This document shows positions 37,562 through 51,320 of a stretch of 64,000 nucleotides of DNA, in pieces. The stretch is taken from assembly GCF_006345805.1 (NCBI RefSeq), contig NC_042999.1:152024001-152088000 (forward strand). The letters are read 5' to 3'. The stretch's first letter is position 1, and each line of letters opens with the position of its first letter. The notes under the pieces are model-generated. The model worked only from the letters and a program-made list of their open reading frames with translations, did not search any database and had not been told where the DNA came from. Source of the DNA: Octopus sinensis (Eukaryota). The position numbers were made by a program, and so were the translations under genes.

Positions 37562-39179
37562 AAAGTGTGTGAGAGCTGATGTTTGGTGGTGGAGGCCAGG
37601 GGGTACCTTGGAAGAAATGAGAAGTGCTTTAAATTAATCAAGTTGATGTTGTTATATGTTCTTTAAAGGGTGGTAGATTATCAGGATTGTTAGAGTATCG
37701 GTGTAACTTACTTTGTATTTGTCTCTAAATTTTGAGTTCAAATTCTGCTGAGTCCGATTTTGTCTTACCTTCGTTCGTCCGGCATCGATAAAATACAGTA
37801 CTAGTCGATTGAACTGATTGTACCTATCCCTTAAACTTGAGGCATTGTGCCTATGTGAGAGATCAAGATCGATAAAAAAGAAAAAAATAAGTACTAGTTG
37901 AATATTGGGTCGATATAACCAATTATTTTCTCCCCCGCCCCAATAAATCAAAACTACCTAATCAGTTTTACGTTATATTTTAGTTATATTAATAATAATA
38001 ATAAAAAATTCGTTTATCAATATTTTTTGATAATTTTAATAGTCTGTAACCATCCTACTTTTATCATTACAAACATAAAATTATTCTTACAACTTTTTGT
38101 GCCGATATAAAAAGAGAACTTTGCAGATAAGGTGGAGTCGTTTCTCATCTAAAGGAATATAACTCTCCTTCATTAATGACAGACAGCATGGTGCCGGAAT
38201 GAAAGACAGTTCCAATTTTATCGATATATATATATATACATATATATGGTTTTAATCTGTTGAAGGAATTTAATTTTGACAGCTTTATGAAGCCGACCGG
38301 ATGATGAAGGGAAAAAATAAAATAAAAAAAAAGAACTTTTGATATTTAAAATTTTACTGATAAAATAACTTTTTGTTTGATCTATCAAGGCTAGTTGAAA
38401 TCATAACGTGGATTTGAATTAATCTTAGGGGTTTAAATATTTCTCTAAGCTTTCAAAGCAATACATACGTTCAAAGCGTCATACATAATTTTTCCAAATG
38501 TTTTAGGTCGTGCTTAACCACATGATGTTAGTAAAATATTTTCAATATTTACTCAAGATAGTAATTTTTTCAATATTTAAAGACTTATTTACATATCGGT
38601 TCAATACAACAGATAAGAATACTTTATCGTATTTAATCATGTCATTCTGAGTTCAAATAAGGCTGTAGCCAACTTTGCATAATTTAAAATTGGGGAGGGG
38701 GGCACTCTGTTTCCAATAAATAATTTAAATGTGAATTTGGGCGTATGTTAGAAATAATTCTTTAGTCGGAGCTGGACAGTGTCCTTCGCATTTCCGAGTC
38801 TTCGCTAGTGAAACCGAAGTGGTTGAATTGCAGAGGGTGACAATTCGAGTATGAAAAGATTGAACAGAGTTTTTTTTTGCTAGGAATTGATGATGATGAA
38901 GTGCGGGGGGTAAACGTGTTGTATTTGCAACATTTATTATCTGCAAATTAATTTTATGGACAAATTAAAGAGAACTCTCAGGTAGAATTAATGTATTGGT
39001 TGATTGAATAAGCTGCCTATTGAAACTTAAAAGGCCCACTTAAAACGAATTTTGTAATAAATTTGGGTCTAGTTTTAGCATTGGGTCTCTTCACCAGTAA
39101 GGGACCTTTTGTTATACTTAAGCCCATTTTAAAATAATAATCGTAATTTAACAGCTAATGTATTATTGTATATATTTGT

Positions 39180-39385
39180 TCATCATCATTTAACGTCCGT
39201 TTTCCATGCTGGCATTTGTTGGACTGTTTGACCGGAGCTGGCAAGCCGAAGAACTGCACCAGGCTCCATTTGTCTATTTTGGCATAACTTCTACGACTGG
39301 ATGCCTTTCCTAATGCCAATCACTTTACAGGGCGTACTGGATACTTTTATGTGGCCCCCAACACAGGTGCTTTTTATGCGGTATT
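39180..39385 (-). mobile_element. 3' tail of RTE-like retroposon ending GGACGTTAAATGATGATG
   Basis: Same tail family as 52325-52540, 57227-57682 and 60728-60845. Confidence 0.7.
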
Positions 39386-39652
39386 GCACAGTTACAAAAT
39401 AGTATTAGCTAAGTGGAATAACACAAATGGGAAATGGTATGAGTTTCGATGAGCTAAAGGCTGATGTATTGAATACCATGGGCAAAGGAAGAATTGGCAA
39501 GTAACTGTACCTTCCTCTTTTGTTGGAAGAAACAAAAATAAATATCTAGCGGTATTTGATGACTTACAAAATTAATTTACATGCTGAGGTGAAAATCTGA
39601 ACTTAGCAGGCAAAGGGGATAACTACGGACGTAGTTGTAAGTTACTTTACGT

Positions 39653-39695
39653 CACACTTACACCGTTTCGTGCCCGAATGTCATCCTCAGGCGTG
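39653..39695 (-). ncRNA. Degenerate type I hammerhead-like motif
   Basis: Minus strand CACGC-CTGAGGA-TGAC..GGCAC-GAAA-CGGTG-TA-A-GTGTG; stems imperfect. Confidence 0.4.
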
Positions 39696-39889
39696 GGAGG
39701 TGGCTGTTCGGTAGTAGTTTTTCTTCGACCAACTAACCTTATCAGTTGTTGTATCGATATTTTAATCCTTTCAAGATTGGAATTTGTTTGGAAAGAACCA
39801 ATACGAATAGAGTTCTAAATATTTAGAGTGATTTTCATCGTACGGTGTTTATTTTCACGTACATTCTGTCTACTGACTCCAGTGATGCC

Positions 39890-40150
39890 AAACATGTTTG
39901 GCCTCACAGGTACCCGTAGGCAGAAGGCCATCAAGTTGGCTGTGGAGACAGCAGAGGGTACCTCAAAGTAGATCAGGAAGTGTGATCCCCAGAAGAGATA
40001 GTGCTACTAAGTGTGCTACTAACTGGAAACAAACTGGGACTTAATCAACCTTGGCTGGGTCACCTAGGTGAGCGTGTCTGGTTCTTAAAGGACCAGAAAT
40101 ACCCACTGACTGCAGGAAACATCATCGATGATGTACGCATGCGCATCACA
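39890..40150 (+). mobile_element. Hero-clade non-LTR retrotransposon 3' relic
   Basis: Translation FGLTGTRRQKAIKLAVETAEGTSK*I resembles the Hero C-terminus; 3' UTR motif GGCTGGGTCACCT.G..GAG.GTGTCTG. Confidence 0.55.
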
Positions 40151-42005
40151 AAGTGATGTATGGAAAAGTTATTCAACGTCAAGCGAAATACGTTAAACTG
40201 CTAGTTTGCAAATTCCAAACTCTGTTGCAGCAACCGAGTTTTTTTTATTTTCTTTTTGTTGGGTTTTTTTTTTCTTCAGTAAATAACAGGTGTTTTACGA
40301 TGTAATAAAAATAACGAACGATGCTAGTTAATATCTAATATCTATTGATGGCGGCATATTCATATAAAGTTTATGCGTTAATTCCACAGCCCGCATGCTG
40401 ACAGGTTTGTTGTTTTGTCTCTTTGTAAATTAGCTATATACAGTTGTTGCGGCCTCCAGTGGGATATTTACAGTTGGATACACAAAGAATGACTTATATC
40501 GTTGTAACCAACCACTAATTTATCATCCTTTCCCTCTTTAATAGAACCCTCCGGCAAATCTATTACTTAGACTGAAGAGTGGGCGGGCATACGTCAAAGT
40601 AAACACAAATGCGTTAGTTACGCTCAATTTGCACATCATTGCTGTTAAAACAAAACGATTGTCTCTCAAGTGTTTCTGTGCAGATAATTGGGAGGATATA
40701 ATTCCTGGCCGCGAAAGTCAAACGTTTTGGTTTTATTGCTGCTGTCGTTTGAAACATGGACATACTCCGTTACTTATGCGCATCAATAAGCATTAAACTG
40801 CACATTGATAACATTGAAAGTATCAAGATCATGTTGAAATATTTTTTACGTTGATCTTAAACCCCAAATGCAAATCCTTAATCCGTTACTAATCTGCTCT
40901 GTCTTTTCAATGATTCGCGGAAATTGTTTTATTTTATGGTTGTATATTAATGACTACCAAAACTGGAAGCGTATGATTAAAAACTACCGCCTTATCAGTT
41001 ATGTCTATATTTTTATAACTTTCAAGATTAGAAATTCAATTTTGAAAGAACCACAAGAAATGGAGAGTTCTAAATATTTATAGTGATTTTACTATAAAAA
41101 ACAACATCAAAGGTATCTAATAATTTTACCTTCTTTGGAGTCGATAGTCTCTGTCTCTTTGGAGAGACAGATTGATAGATAGATAGATAGAGAGAGAGAG
41201 ATTCAATAATAGCTTGCAAGAAATAAGAAGATTTAAGTGAGATTAGTCGTTCGTTTCAGGAAATTGTTCAAGGTTAATAAAGTAACTCAAAAGATGCATG
41301 ATTAAACAGACACTTCAAAAGATGGAGACGATTTACACAACACTCAACACAGTGTAGTGGCTGGGGAAGAACGTTGAGGGTGCGGGGTTTGCAACCATTG
41401 ATTGATATGAGGAAAAGTAAAATTGGCTTTAAACTGAAAATTTCGCTTTGGTTTTCTGTTGTACAGCAACTCTATTACCAATGCGGACACTTGGTAGACT
41501 TTGATTTGTCTCTCCATTAACCTTCGTGTTTGTTATTGTCACTATAGACACAGTTGTTATACTTCGTTCTACGTAGATGGACTAAAGCTGTTAGTACCGA
41601 AGTAGATCGAGTTGGTGATACGAAATGAACGAAATCGGTAATAAATAAAATGTTTATATGAATTTAAAGCCACAACTATTCTCGAATGGAAAGAACTGTG
41701 GTTTAATTTTCAATATTAACGTCGTCTTTTCTATCGTTTTAGGATTGTATGTTGGCAAAAACTACTAGAAACAGATGCTAAAGTCTAAATAAGTCACGTA
41801 GATCTCTGCTCTTCCAAAGCATTTGAACCATTTATGTTGGCATTCTGCTACTCCACGCTGCCAATCAGCATCTGATAGTACCTTAATCATTTTCTCGGTA
41901 TATTGTTAATTTAGTAAACGAAGTGGTGGGTGGAAAATTCACGGAGAGCAATTCGTCCGTGGCAATTCATCGACCAAACAATTCGAATAGTAATCGATAC
42001 TTTTT

Positions 42006-42362
42006 CGTTATCTCACCCCCATTAAAAGATTGCCATTAAAAAAATCTCCCCACTAAAAAATTGAGTTTATGGGGCGACAAGAGATGGAATTAAAAGGGTT
42101 TAGATCCTTCTGATTCAGTACTTCAACGCATTGTTAATTTTTGGCCCTTTCAATAGGCATGGTATGATTTGTTAGAAAAATGTTATTAGATTCAATAAGA
42201 TGTTTAATTTTTTCAGTTTTCATGTTTATTAATTTTTTTCATTTTTGTTTGTTTTATTGAGGGATAAACAATTTTTTTAGTTGGAGGAGATTACCAAAAG
42301 TACCGATATCTTTCATAAAACTAGGGGAGATAACCCAATATTTTAATGGGGGTGAGATAACC
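42006..42362. mobile_element. MITE with TIR GTTATCTCACCCCCATTAAAA inside a ~15-bp AATTCACC-type minisatellite
   Basis: TIRs at 42007-42027 and 42341-42362; AATTCA(C/T)C repeats at 41935-41990 and 42392-42482; TSD unclear. Confidence 0.7.
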
Positions 42363-43044
42363 AATAAGTTCTTAGTAATATTCTGATCCACAGCAATTCA
42401 CCAACTAGTAACTTCATCCATAGCTATTCACCGATCTAACAATTTACCAGCTTGTAAATTCATCCGCTAACAAATTCACCAGAGATTATTAAACCTAATA
42501 TACATAAAGCAATTTTGAAAAATTAAATTCTATAGTCGTTTGAACGTTGGAATTATTTAAAAAGTTCTTTAAAATATGGTGCTTTAAATTTTTGCAGTCA
42601 AAGAAGGTACCAACAAAAAAAAAAAAAAACGTGTTAGTGTATCTCTCTCTCTCTCTCTCTCTTCCTTCCTTTCTTTCTTTTTTTTTTGTTTAAAGAAAAT
42701 TAACTCCTATACATGGTGCATTGGCAATGTTAGGAATATCAAAAGACTTAAGTGTTGCGCACGAGTGAGTGTTGTTGGAGACATTACAGAGAGTCAATCA
42801 GGTGAGCAGAATCCTACTGCCGAGTGCAGCGAGTGTTGAAGCATCAAAATTTTGGTAGAAAATTGCTATGAAAAAGGTAAAAAGAAATACAACTGAATCT
42901 GTTTCCATATTGTCTAATTCTTTTGTTTGTTGTATGCGGTGAGGTAGCACATGGGAAACTTGCAAACATGGATTGCATGTAAAGAACAATGAAAGATATA
43001 AGATTTTAATAAAGAACAAAGACCCGTCTTCCCACCGCATCTCT

Positions 43045-43405
43045 TACACGTTTCAGTCATTAGATTAGGTCCATGCTGGGGCTCCGCCTTGAAGAGCCTT
43101 AGTTGAACGAATCGATCCCCGTACCTGTTTTTTTTTATGGTACTTGTTCTATTGGTCTCTTTTACAGAACTGCTAGATTTACGGAGACGTAAACACACCA
43201 ACACCGGTTGTCAAGCGGTGGTGGAACACACACACACACATGTATGTGTGACGGGCTTCTTTTAGTTTCTGTCTACCAAATCCACTCAATGCTTTGGTCG
43301 CTCGAGGTTATAGTAGAAGACACTTGCTCGAGGTGACACGCAACGGGACTGAACCCGGAGCCATGTGGTTGGAAGCAAACCTCTTTTACCACACAGTCAC
43401 GCATG
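43045..43405 (-). mobile_element. SINE family B
   Basis: Full family B structure. Confidence 0.8.
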
Positions 43406-43507
43406 AGCATCAGTAAATAGTAATAAATAAAATTTCCGCAAGATTTTTTACAAAGTTCTCAAAACGATGGAGAGATCTCATATCTTAATTTTGATTTTAA
43501 AAAAATT

Positions 43508-43816
43508 GTTTCAAATTTTGGCACAAGGCCAGCAATTTAAGTGGTGGGGTGTTAGTCGATTACATCGACCCCAATATATGACTGGTAGCTTATTTTATCG
43601 ACCCCCCCACAAAGTTCGTCTTCGTTGAGATTTGAACTTACGAGGGACAGTCGATTACATTGACCCTAGTACTTAACTGGTACTTGATTTATCTACCCCG
43701 CAAGGATGAAAGATAAAGTCGACCTCAGCGGAATTTGAACTCGGAACGTAGCGGCGGACGAAATACAGCTAAGCATATCGGCCGGCGTGCTAACGATTCT
43801 GCCAGCATGCCGCCTT
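43508..43816 (-). mobile_element. SINE family A (partial dimer)
   Basis: Head and duplicated body. Confidence 0.8.
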
Positions 43817-44644
43817 CACAACATTAAACGATATAATAAAAGGATATATATAATTAGAAATTAGAAAAATAAATAATTGTTAAATAAAATTCCCAACAAT
43901 GTGATGATCCACTTAGAATAATTCGGGGTAAACTCCACACAAAAAATACCGGGTTACTCTGCCATCGCCAAGGCGTGAGAAGTGCTATCTTCCAGGTTCT
44001 TTTCTCCTACTTAGAAACGCATACTCAGTGTAGATCCATTCAGTCTCCAGACAAGTTTACACAGGCTTAGAAAACAGTTTTAGAAAATATCAAGGAGTTT
44101 GATACCACTTAAAGACATCTTTATAAGAATAGAATATGTAAAAGGCGATTGTTAAAGCTTGCAACGGAGATTTTCCCCCTTCACAAACCCCCATAGACGT
44201 GGGAAATGAGGTCCGTCACATTTCTCATTTCCTCTTGTGTGCTATGGGAATGTGAGATTTTAAGCGGAAGTCTGAAATGTATGTAGAAAATGCTTTGAAG
44301 TTTTCTTATACTCTTTGCACTAGCATTTGTGCTTGTCCAGGTACCCATAAAAGCATTTGAATATTTGTGTGATTGAGATTGATTTATAACTCATGAGATT
44401 CAGTTTATAATCCAGGATGCATAATTAGATAGGCCGTACTGATAGGCGGCTAGCGCGTGGACCACCTTCCCGCTTAAAGTGCGGATTGTGTGAGGCGACC
44501 TTGTTAGATTCATCTAAAACCAACAATTTTTTTGAAAATTGTGTTAGGTTTTCAAGAGCATCTAACAACCCAAACATCAGGAAGCTAAAAGAATGCGTTA
44601 AATACGAGCAAATTTTGAAACTATACCAATAGTGATCGGTATAA

Positions 44645-44827
44645 TATTGGCACAAGGCCAGTAATTTCGTAGGATGGTGTAAGTCGACTGGTAGTTATTT
44701 TATCGACTGCGAAAAGCTGAAAGGCAAAGTCGACCGCTGAGGCATTTAAACTCAGAACGTAAAAGACGGATGAAATGCCGCTAAGCATTTTGCTCGGCGT
44801 GCTAACAGTTCTGTCACCTCGCCACCT
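44645..44827 (-). mobile_element. SINE family A
   Basis: Head, B box and domain. Confidence 0.75.
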
Positions 44828-46596
44828 TAGTGATATAATCTTGCAAGTCAAGAGACGACAGTACCGTGACTGTGCCGAAAGAATAAAAAGAAAATGCTTT
44901 GTTGTGAAGGCTGAGTCTAAAGAGTCTATCGGTCCATATTTAAGAGGCTTAATATTTTATTAGGAAAAAAAAAAGAAAAAGAAAAGACTTGAAGTTTTCA
45001 TATTTAAAAAAAAAGTACTTTGTAAACATCGAGTATTTACTTGTTCTTTTATTTGTTAAAAAAAAACTTTTATTGAAATTGTGATGTTGATTAATAATTC
45101 AACATCAGTGAATTATTTTAATGGGTCAACTGTTTGTTGGTGATAATTTTTTAATTGGTAAATAGCTGTCGGTAAATTTCCCAGCAGCTGGATAAAAGAG
45201 CGCAACATATTTCAAAAGGTTTCTAAAAGCTTTTTAAATTTTGTTTGATATTACAAAGGATATTTGTACACACTGATTTAAATTATATATATATATGTGT
45301 GTGTGTGTATATTCCGTCGAGTAGTATATCTATGGTTATGGCATATATCTAGTTAGAATGTTACCGTCGGTTTCACACCGACGATTGTATTTGGTACTTG
45401 ACAATATTGATGACTCCATAACCAGTAATGTACTGCACAATGATACAAAACTACAACTGTACTATTTCTCTCATCAAGTATACAGAGACAACTACCAATG
45501 TTCCATGTGTCGACTCGAAACCAATGGTAGCCTTGTTAACTCACGAATAAAGTGTATGTGTTTGTGAGGAAACGTCTAACATTTTCTTTGTTTTATATCA
45601 TTCGAACAGTTTTTTTTTTTATATTCCAACTTAATATTCCAAGTGATGGCTGAAACCACAGAATTACTTATTTGTGAGCGCACACTTCAACCCCGACATT
45701 TATATTTGATTATTTAATGAAGGAAACATTTTCTTTAAATCATTGCTGGCTATCTACACAGGATATTATCTTTTTGATAACTTTACAGGATGTTATCTAT
45801 AAATGAAAATACTGTTTCCAAATTTCATACTAATGTTATTCTCTGCTCAGATAAACATCTTATTTCCGCTGTCAATCCATATAACATTTGCTACATAAAT
45901 AACGCGAATGTCTTGATAGACAAATAACTTCTATAATAAATAATAATACAAATAGAGCTTCCTTAGGGTTGCTAAGTTAATCACTTGTCGATTGTCCAAA
46001 GAAAAAAAAAAGAAACCCACCTGGTTTCATACAAAATAACAACAAAGGTTTCACTGTATCTTAAAAAGTTGTTTTCTAGTCCTTGCTCTCCTATAATAAG
46101 ATCTTTTGTATTTAGTGACATTTTGCGAATAAATCTGCTTTTTTTTTTTTCGATTTTAATACTGACACCAAGGGCGAGCATTATTATGTGTCTCTTAGTA
46201 AAATCAGGTTCTTTGACTCAATGGATTAAAACATGTTAACGCAAATTTAACGATTAACAGAACAAATTTAGAACAGCAGGGCTCTATTATTTTACAAGAT
46301 AATCAAAACCATACATACATACACTTAGATTAATAAAAATCTTTTCAGATGATTTTTTGGTACAAGGCCAGCAATTTTAAGGTAAGAGTAAGTCGATTAT
46401 ATGCACGCTAGAGCTCGACTGGTATTTTTTTTTTTTTTTATCGATCCGAATTTGCAGAATTTGAACGTGGAACGCAAAGCCTGAAGAAATGTCTGTAAGC
46501 GCTTTCAGGCATGCTAACGAGTCTGCCAGCACGCCACCATCTTTTACCGTTTACACACGCACGTACGTACGCAGTCGTGCGTGCACACATACATTC

Positions 46597-46915
46597 TCTT
46601 TCACGTGTTTCAGCCCCAAGACAGTGGCCATTCTCTCGTAATTGGTTTTTGGTAGATGTGGGAGTTTGATATTACTACCCTCTTTTCAGTTTCTTGTCAT
46701 GGTGTAGGTTCATCTGGGATCTTGGACAGCATAAAATCAAGTTACTTCATGAAAACATCTACCCCACTTTCATGTAGATCTTTCAGGTTTTTTGGCAAGA
46801 TACTAAAATAACTGGGGAACTTTAGAATCCTACGCTATTGCACTACATGGTCCTTACTCTATATGGGATGGGTGGGACCTTTGGAACGGTTCGGTGATTT
46901 CTGTCTGGGGGCCGG
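46597..46915 (-). mobile_element. CR1/L2-group LINE 3' end relic
   Basis: Minus translation VPKVP..YRVRTM..NS...PQLFSILPKNLKDLH..GVDVFMK*LDFMLSKIPDEP. Confidence 0.7.
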
Positions 46916-47284
46916 TAGAACTCTCCAGCCTCTCTACGACCTTCCACATGTATATCACTGCATATTTCCCCCATTTTCACTCCAAGAAGTAGTCGCAATC
47001 TCAGTAACCCAGCTGTTCCATTGGTGCACTCTTCTCTAGGTGTTGCACCACTGAACTGCCTCAAAGTTCCGCTATTAATTTAACACCGTGAAGTTACCAC
47101 AGCTGAGAGCAGTGGTTCATACGGCCGAGGAGAAATGTCCTGCATAGGAATATACGTACAGAGTTTTTACGATACAATCAGGAAAATATAACGCAAAACA
47201 TATATATATATATATAACTCTGTACGTGTGTGTTTGTGTGTATTTCGTTAACTGGAATTCCGCTATTAATTTAATACCGTTAAA

Positions 47285-47374
47285 TTAATTTTGATTTGAA
47301 GATCAGAGCCACGGCGAATCCAAGGCTTTTAAGCTTTGGTTTCGCCGTGGCTCTGATCTTGAAATCAAAATTAA
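47285..47374. repeat. Near-perfect 90-bp palindrome
   Basis: TTAATTTTGATTTGAAGATCAGAGCCACGGCGAATCCAAGGCTT / AAGCTTTGGTTTCGCCGTGGCTCTGATCTTGAAATCAAAATTAA. Confidence 0.9.
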
Positions 47375-48029
47375 ATCACAGAATCAACTAATTAGTTCTT
47401 CGTTAATTCTTTCCGGATTAATAACCATTCTTAAGAAAAACTCGTATCAATTCATTGTTTTGTTTGTTTGTTTTGTAACAAGAAGAAAAAAAACCCTACA
47501 TTCTCTCTCTTTCACACACACACACACACACAGGTATAAACTCTTCCTTCAAAACTGACTTGTAGTAAAAAATTATCTTTCTTTTTATTTTAGTTATTTA
47601 TCTGTTTAGTTATTTACTTCCGTAATTTGGAATTTCAGCAACTTTTGTTCTGCTTTTCTACTTTACAGAAGAACTGTTTTGTTCCAATTCTTGCTTATAT
47701 TGTCACAGCTGCAAAGAATCTCTTCTATCTCCCTGTACAAGAAAAAAGAAAAAAAAATAGAAACCAAAGAAAAAGCCCTAATATCAGAGCTGTTCAATTA
47801 ATTTCCCATTGGACGTGAAATTTATAAGAACTCCAATGAAAGAAAACATTAAATTCTTCTCCGTTTCTTTCACTACCTCCTCCTCAATGACCCCTATCAA
47901 AACGGAAAAAGAAAGAAGCGATATTTCATTCAATCTTCCTCACCCTGTCTCGTCTATTTATCACTTTTTTTTTGTGTGTTTTTTTTTATTTGTATTCATA
48001 TTTATGTATGTGTTTTTGTTATTGGGTCA

Positions 48030-48418
48030 AGTATTGAACTTCTCGCCGGAAGTGACTGCCCAATATGAATTCAAACTTGCCAACTGTCGTCGTCGGTAGC
48101 GCCAGGCTAGGAGGGGAATAATGAACAACATGTGTCCGTCTTGTCTACTTGATAGGAAAAGGGAACAAAATAGCTCCACTGTGTTTACGCATTTTAACAT
48201 TGTAATCGCTGGCTCTCCTTTAAAGCGAAAATAAAGCTTCTTTCATACAATATGACAACCATGTGAAAAAATACCAGAGAATACCAAGTACATATTTGAG
48301 ATAACAATCGGCAGTTTGAAGCTCTCTCTCTCTCTCTCTCTCTCGCACACACATATACACGTCATTCAGAAATATGTAGTAAAGATAGAGAGAGAAGTGT
48401 AACGACCTAGTGAAGAAG
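48030..48418 (+). promoter_or_regulatory. Candidate promoter and non-coding first exon
   Basis: ETS/GABP-type CCGGAAGTG at ~48046-48054 in a locally CpG-rich patch; possible donor AAG|GTACTT at 48418/48419; CpG decay begins ~1 kb downstream. Confidence 0.4.
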
Positions 48419-49811
48419 GTACTTGAGTTTTAGGTTCACGTGACCTGAGTTTCTATTCATTGAGAAAAGTTTTTTTTTTTTTTTTTGACTTATAAAGCGA
48501 TGCTGTTGTCTCAAACATGTCTTATCTTCAGAATCCTGGTGTCTGCTGTCATCTTTGACAATCTCTCCAGCTTTAATACTGCAATTTTTTTTAAAATCAT
48601 TATCATTATTATACACATATATAAAGTTGTTTCCTTACAAAGAAGAAAAAAAAAAATTATATTTTATTTGATTCAGTCATTGAACTACGGTCATGCTGGG
48701 GCACCGCTTTGAACGATTTAGTCGAACAAATCGGCCCCAGTATTCATTACTGGTACTTTCTCTATCGGTTTCTTCCGCCGAACCACTAAGTAACAGGAAC
48801 GTAAACATATCAACACTAGTTGTCAATCAGCGAGGTGGGGGGGGGGGCATTCATGCGTACGCGAAACGTGCTTTCATTTTCCCCCCTATCAAACCCACTC
48901 GTAAGGTTTGGCCAGCCGGCTGCCGCGGGGCTGTAGTAGAAGATACCTTTCAAAAGTGTCGTGCTGTGGGATGAAGCTTTTTAAGTACACAGCCACGCCT
49001 ATGGGTTTTTAAAAAAATTTTTATTATTTATTAAATTCTTTGAGGTTGTAGATTAGGGATCATGTTATTGAAATTAAGGGAACAAACATTTGTGTGTTTA
49101 TGTGTAGGGTGTGTCTCTGGTCGTTCATTCCCCCCACCAAACAAAAAATTGTTACATATATATATATATATATGCTTGTGTGTCTGTGTCCTGATCCCCT
49201 AACATCACTTGACAACCGATGCCGGTGTGTTTAGGTCCCTGTAACGTAGCAGTCCGGAAAAAGAGACTGATAGAATAAGTACTAGGCTTACAAAGAATAA
49301 ATCCTGAATTCAATTTGCTCGACTTAAGGTGGTGCTCCAGCATTGGCCACAGTCAAGTGACTGAAACGAATAAAAGAATAATATAAGACAATCTTTATCT
49401 ACTCTTTTGAAAGATGTATCTCTGCAAAATTTCATGAGGAGATATGCATCTTTTAGAGATTTGTGAAGAAACGAAACCAGAAGGGCACCAGCCTGTTGTT
49501 AATGCCTTCTCTCCCCTCAATCTACAATCTACATAATTGAATGTGTCTGTTTTTGAAAGATGGTATAGTGCTGTGGGAGGGGGGATCTGACTTCTATTTT
49601 TAGCAGGTTAAATGACCACATTGAGACTCCCTCAGTGGATTGTGACTACCAACTGGGTAATTTATTAAATGATAATAATAATAATGATGATTTATATATT
49701 TCAAAGTAGTGGAGTGGAATAAATGATGTTTTGAAATAGCTAATGATAGGGGTGGAGGCTACATAAGCTGATGACAGTAGTAAGACATGATTAATTTTGA
49801 ATTGATTTCAG

Positions 49812-49863
49812 ATGAAGAGAAAACACCCCAAGAAATGCAGTTCTGTAGAGATGGGGTTGGGAG
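49812..49863 (+). CDS. Candidate small exon (MKRKHPKKCSSVEMGLG if ATG-initiated, phase-1 end)
   Basis: Acceptor TTTTGAATTGATTTCAG| and donor GAG|GTTTGT; open frame. Confidence 0.25.
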
Positions 49864-50854
49864 GTTTGTTTTAATGTAGGGTCCTGGGAGATAAGAAAAC
49901 ATGCAATGCTAGGGGGTTTAGGAGGTTGTTAACATCAGTAGCGTATATTTAGAAAGTGTTACTAATACACTATCTCTATCTTACATTTTTCAGTACTATT
50001 TTTAAGCTTTGTATATTGTCATGTTAAGCACATGGCATTTAGTTAGTAAAATTATGTTCAGGTTTGCTTTATTAGAATATTCAACATAGTTTCCCTGCTC
50101 TGATCTGGCACTGATTGACATAAAAGTTATTAAGTTATGTACCATAGATTCCATTGCAAAAGAAGCAAAGGGTTATCACAAAGTGTTGGCTTGCCTCTCA
50201 AACGGAACATATTTTCTTGTTTCTGTGTGTGATAAGGGAGGTGGTGATGGTGTTTCCATTGCATATGTGTGAGGAATATTTGTGCTTTGTTATGGGTTAG
50301 CAAATATACAGTGCAGAAAACATTCTTTTAATGATGAAGAGGAAACAGAGTTTTTTTTTTTTTTGTAATGCTATTTTACCTGTGTGGAATAATATTTCAC
50401 ACAGGTATCTATGAGAGGTTGCTTGGAAGTTGCTTGGCCTAGTTTGTTTTACAACTGTGTAAATAATTAAGCATTTTTCATCTCATTAACCACGAAACAA
50501 CAACTTTGTGGCTGTTGAATATAGTATGCCTTTACCTGAATTTGTTCATCCTTGCAATTCCAGAAACTCCTAATAGGGATGTTGTCTGGTAATAGGCTGA
50601 TTTTCAGGTCAACCTTGTTTTAGAACTTGTAATAATTCAGTTAACTATCTTCTGTAGCCTCAACCCTCTGTTCACCAATTTTGACCTTACTCATCTGAAG
50701 TATTGCTAAAAAATCAGTTTAATAAATCATATCTTCCTCACAAGTGATAGAGATGGGTGTGTTCGCTACACAACTCAGAGTATCAGCAGCAATTTTTAGT
50801 CCTTATTTTTTTTCGAATTTTATAGTGCAATTATAATTCTACAAGAAGCTCTAT

Positions 50855-51320
50855 TCTTGGGCTCAACTTAAACAGCTGAAACTCTTATTCTCTGCAACAC
50901 TGCCTTGAGCGATACATTATTTGCACCATGTGGAAAATATTTCACCAATATTATCCTAATGATATTGGTATTATATTTACAATTCACTCAAGACTAGGCC
51001 CCCGTGCAATGCATCCCCTACAAAGGTCGAGATCATATCACATAAGAACATTGCGACACAATTTTTTCACTGCAAATGGTCCTGCTCTTTTCAATATTAT
51101 CCCCAAAGAAATTAAAGTAGAAAAAGCCCCCACAACTTTCAAATGGTACCTGGACAAATTCCTCCAGGCAATACCTGATAAATACCTGGACACATCGCAG
51201 CCCACAACAACTCTCTGCTTGAGAGTGTCCCGAAATAATGAATTAAAAGACTTATTCAGGTGGTGCAATTGAATTAGTCATAGCCAGCCTGGGCCAATAA
51301 TGGTCAAAACCAATCTAAGT
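50855..51320 (+). mobile_element. CR1/L2-group LINE 3' end relic (includes ORF 50928-51272)
   Basis: QLKQLKL.SLQHCLERYIICTMWKIF...RTLRHNFF...GPALFNIIPKEI...FKWYLDKFLQAIPD is a typical post-RT C-terminus. Confidence 0.8.

Noticed and set aside
41725-41800. Good-looking splice acceptor TTTTAG|G
   Set aside because: Downstream frames close quickly and the sequence resembles a dispersed repeat (reverse of TTTGGCTGCTATTTCTAG)
43920-44420. Minus-strand LLWVPG word suggesting a retroelement RNase H
   Set aside because: Single short motif without the following GNE.AD; insufficient
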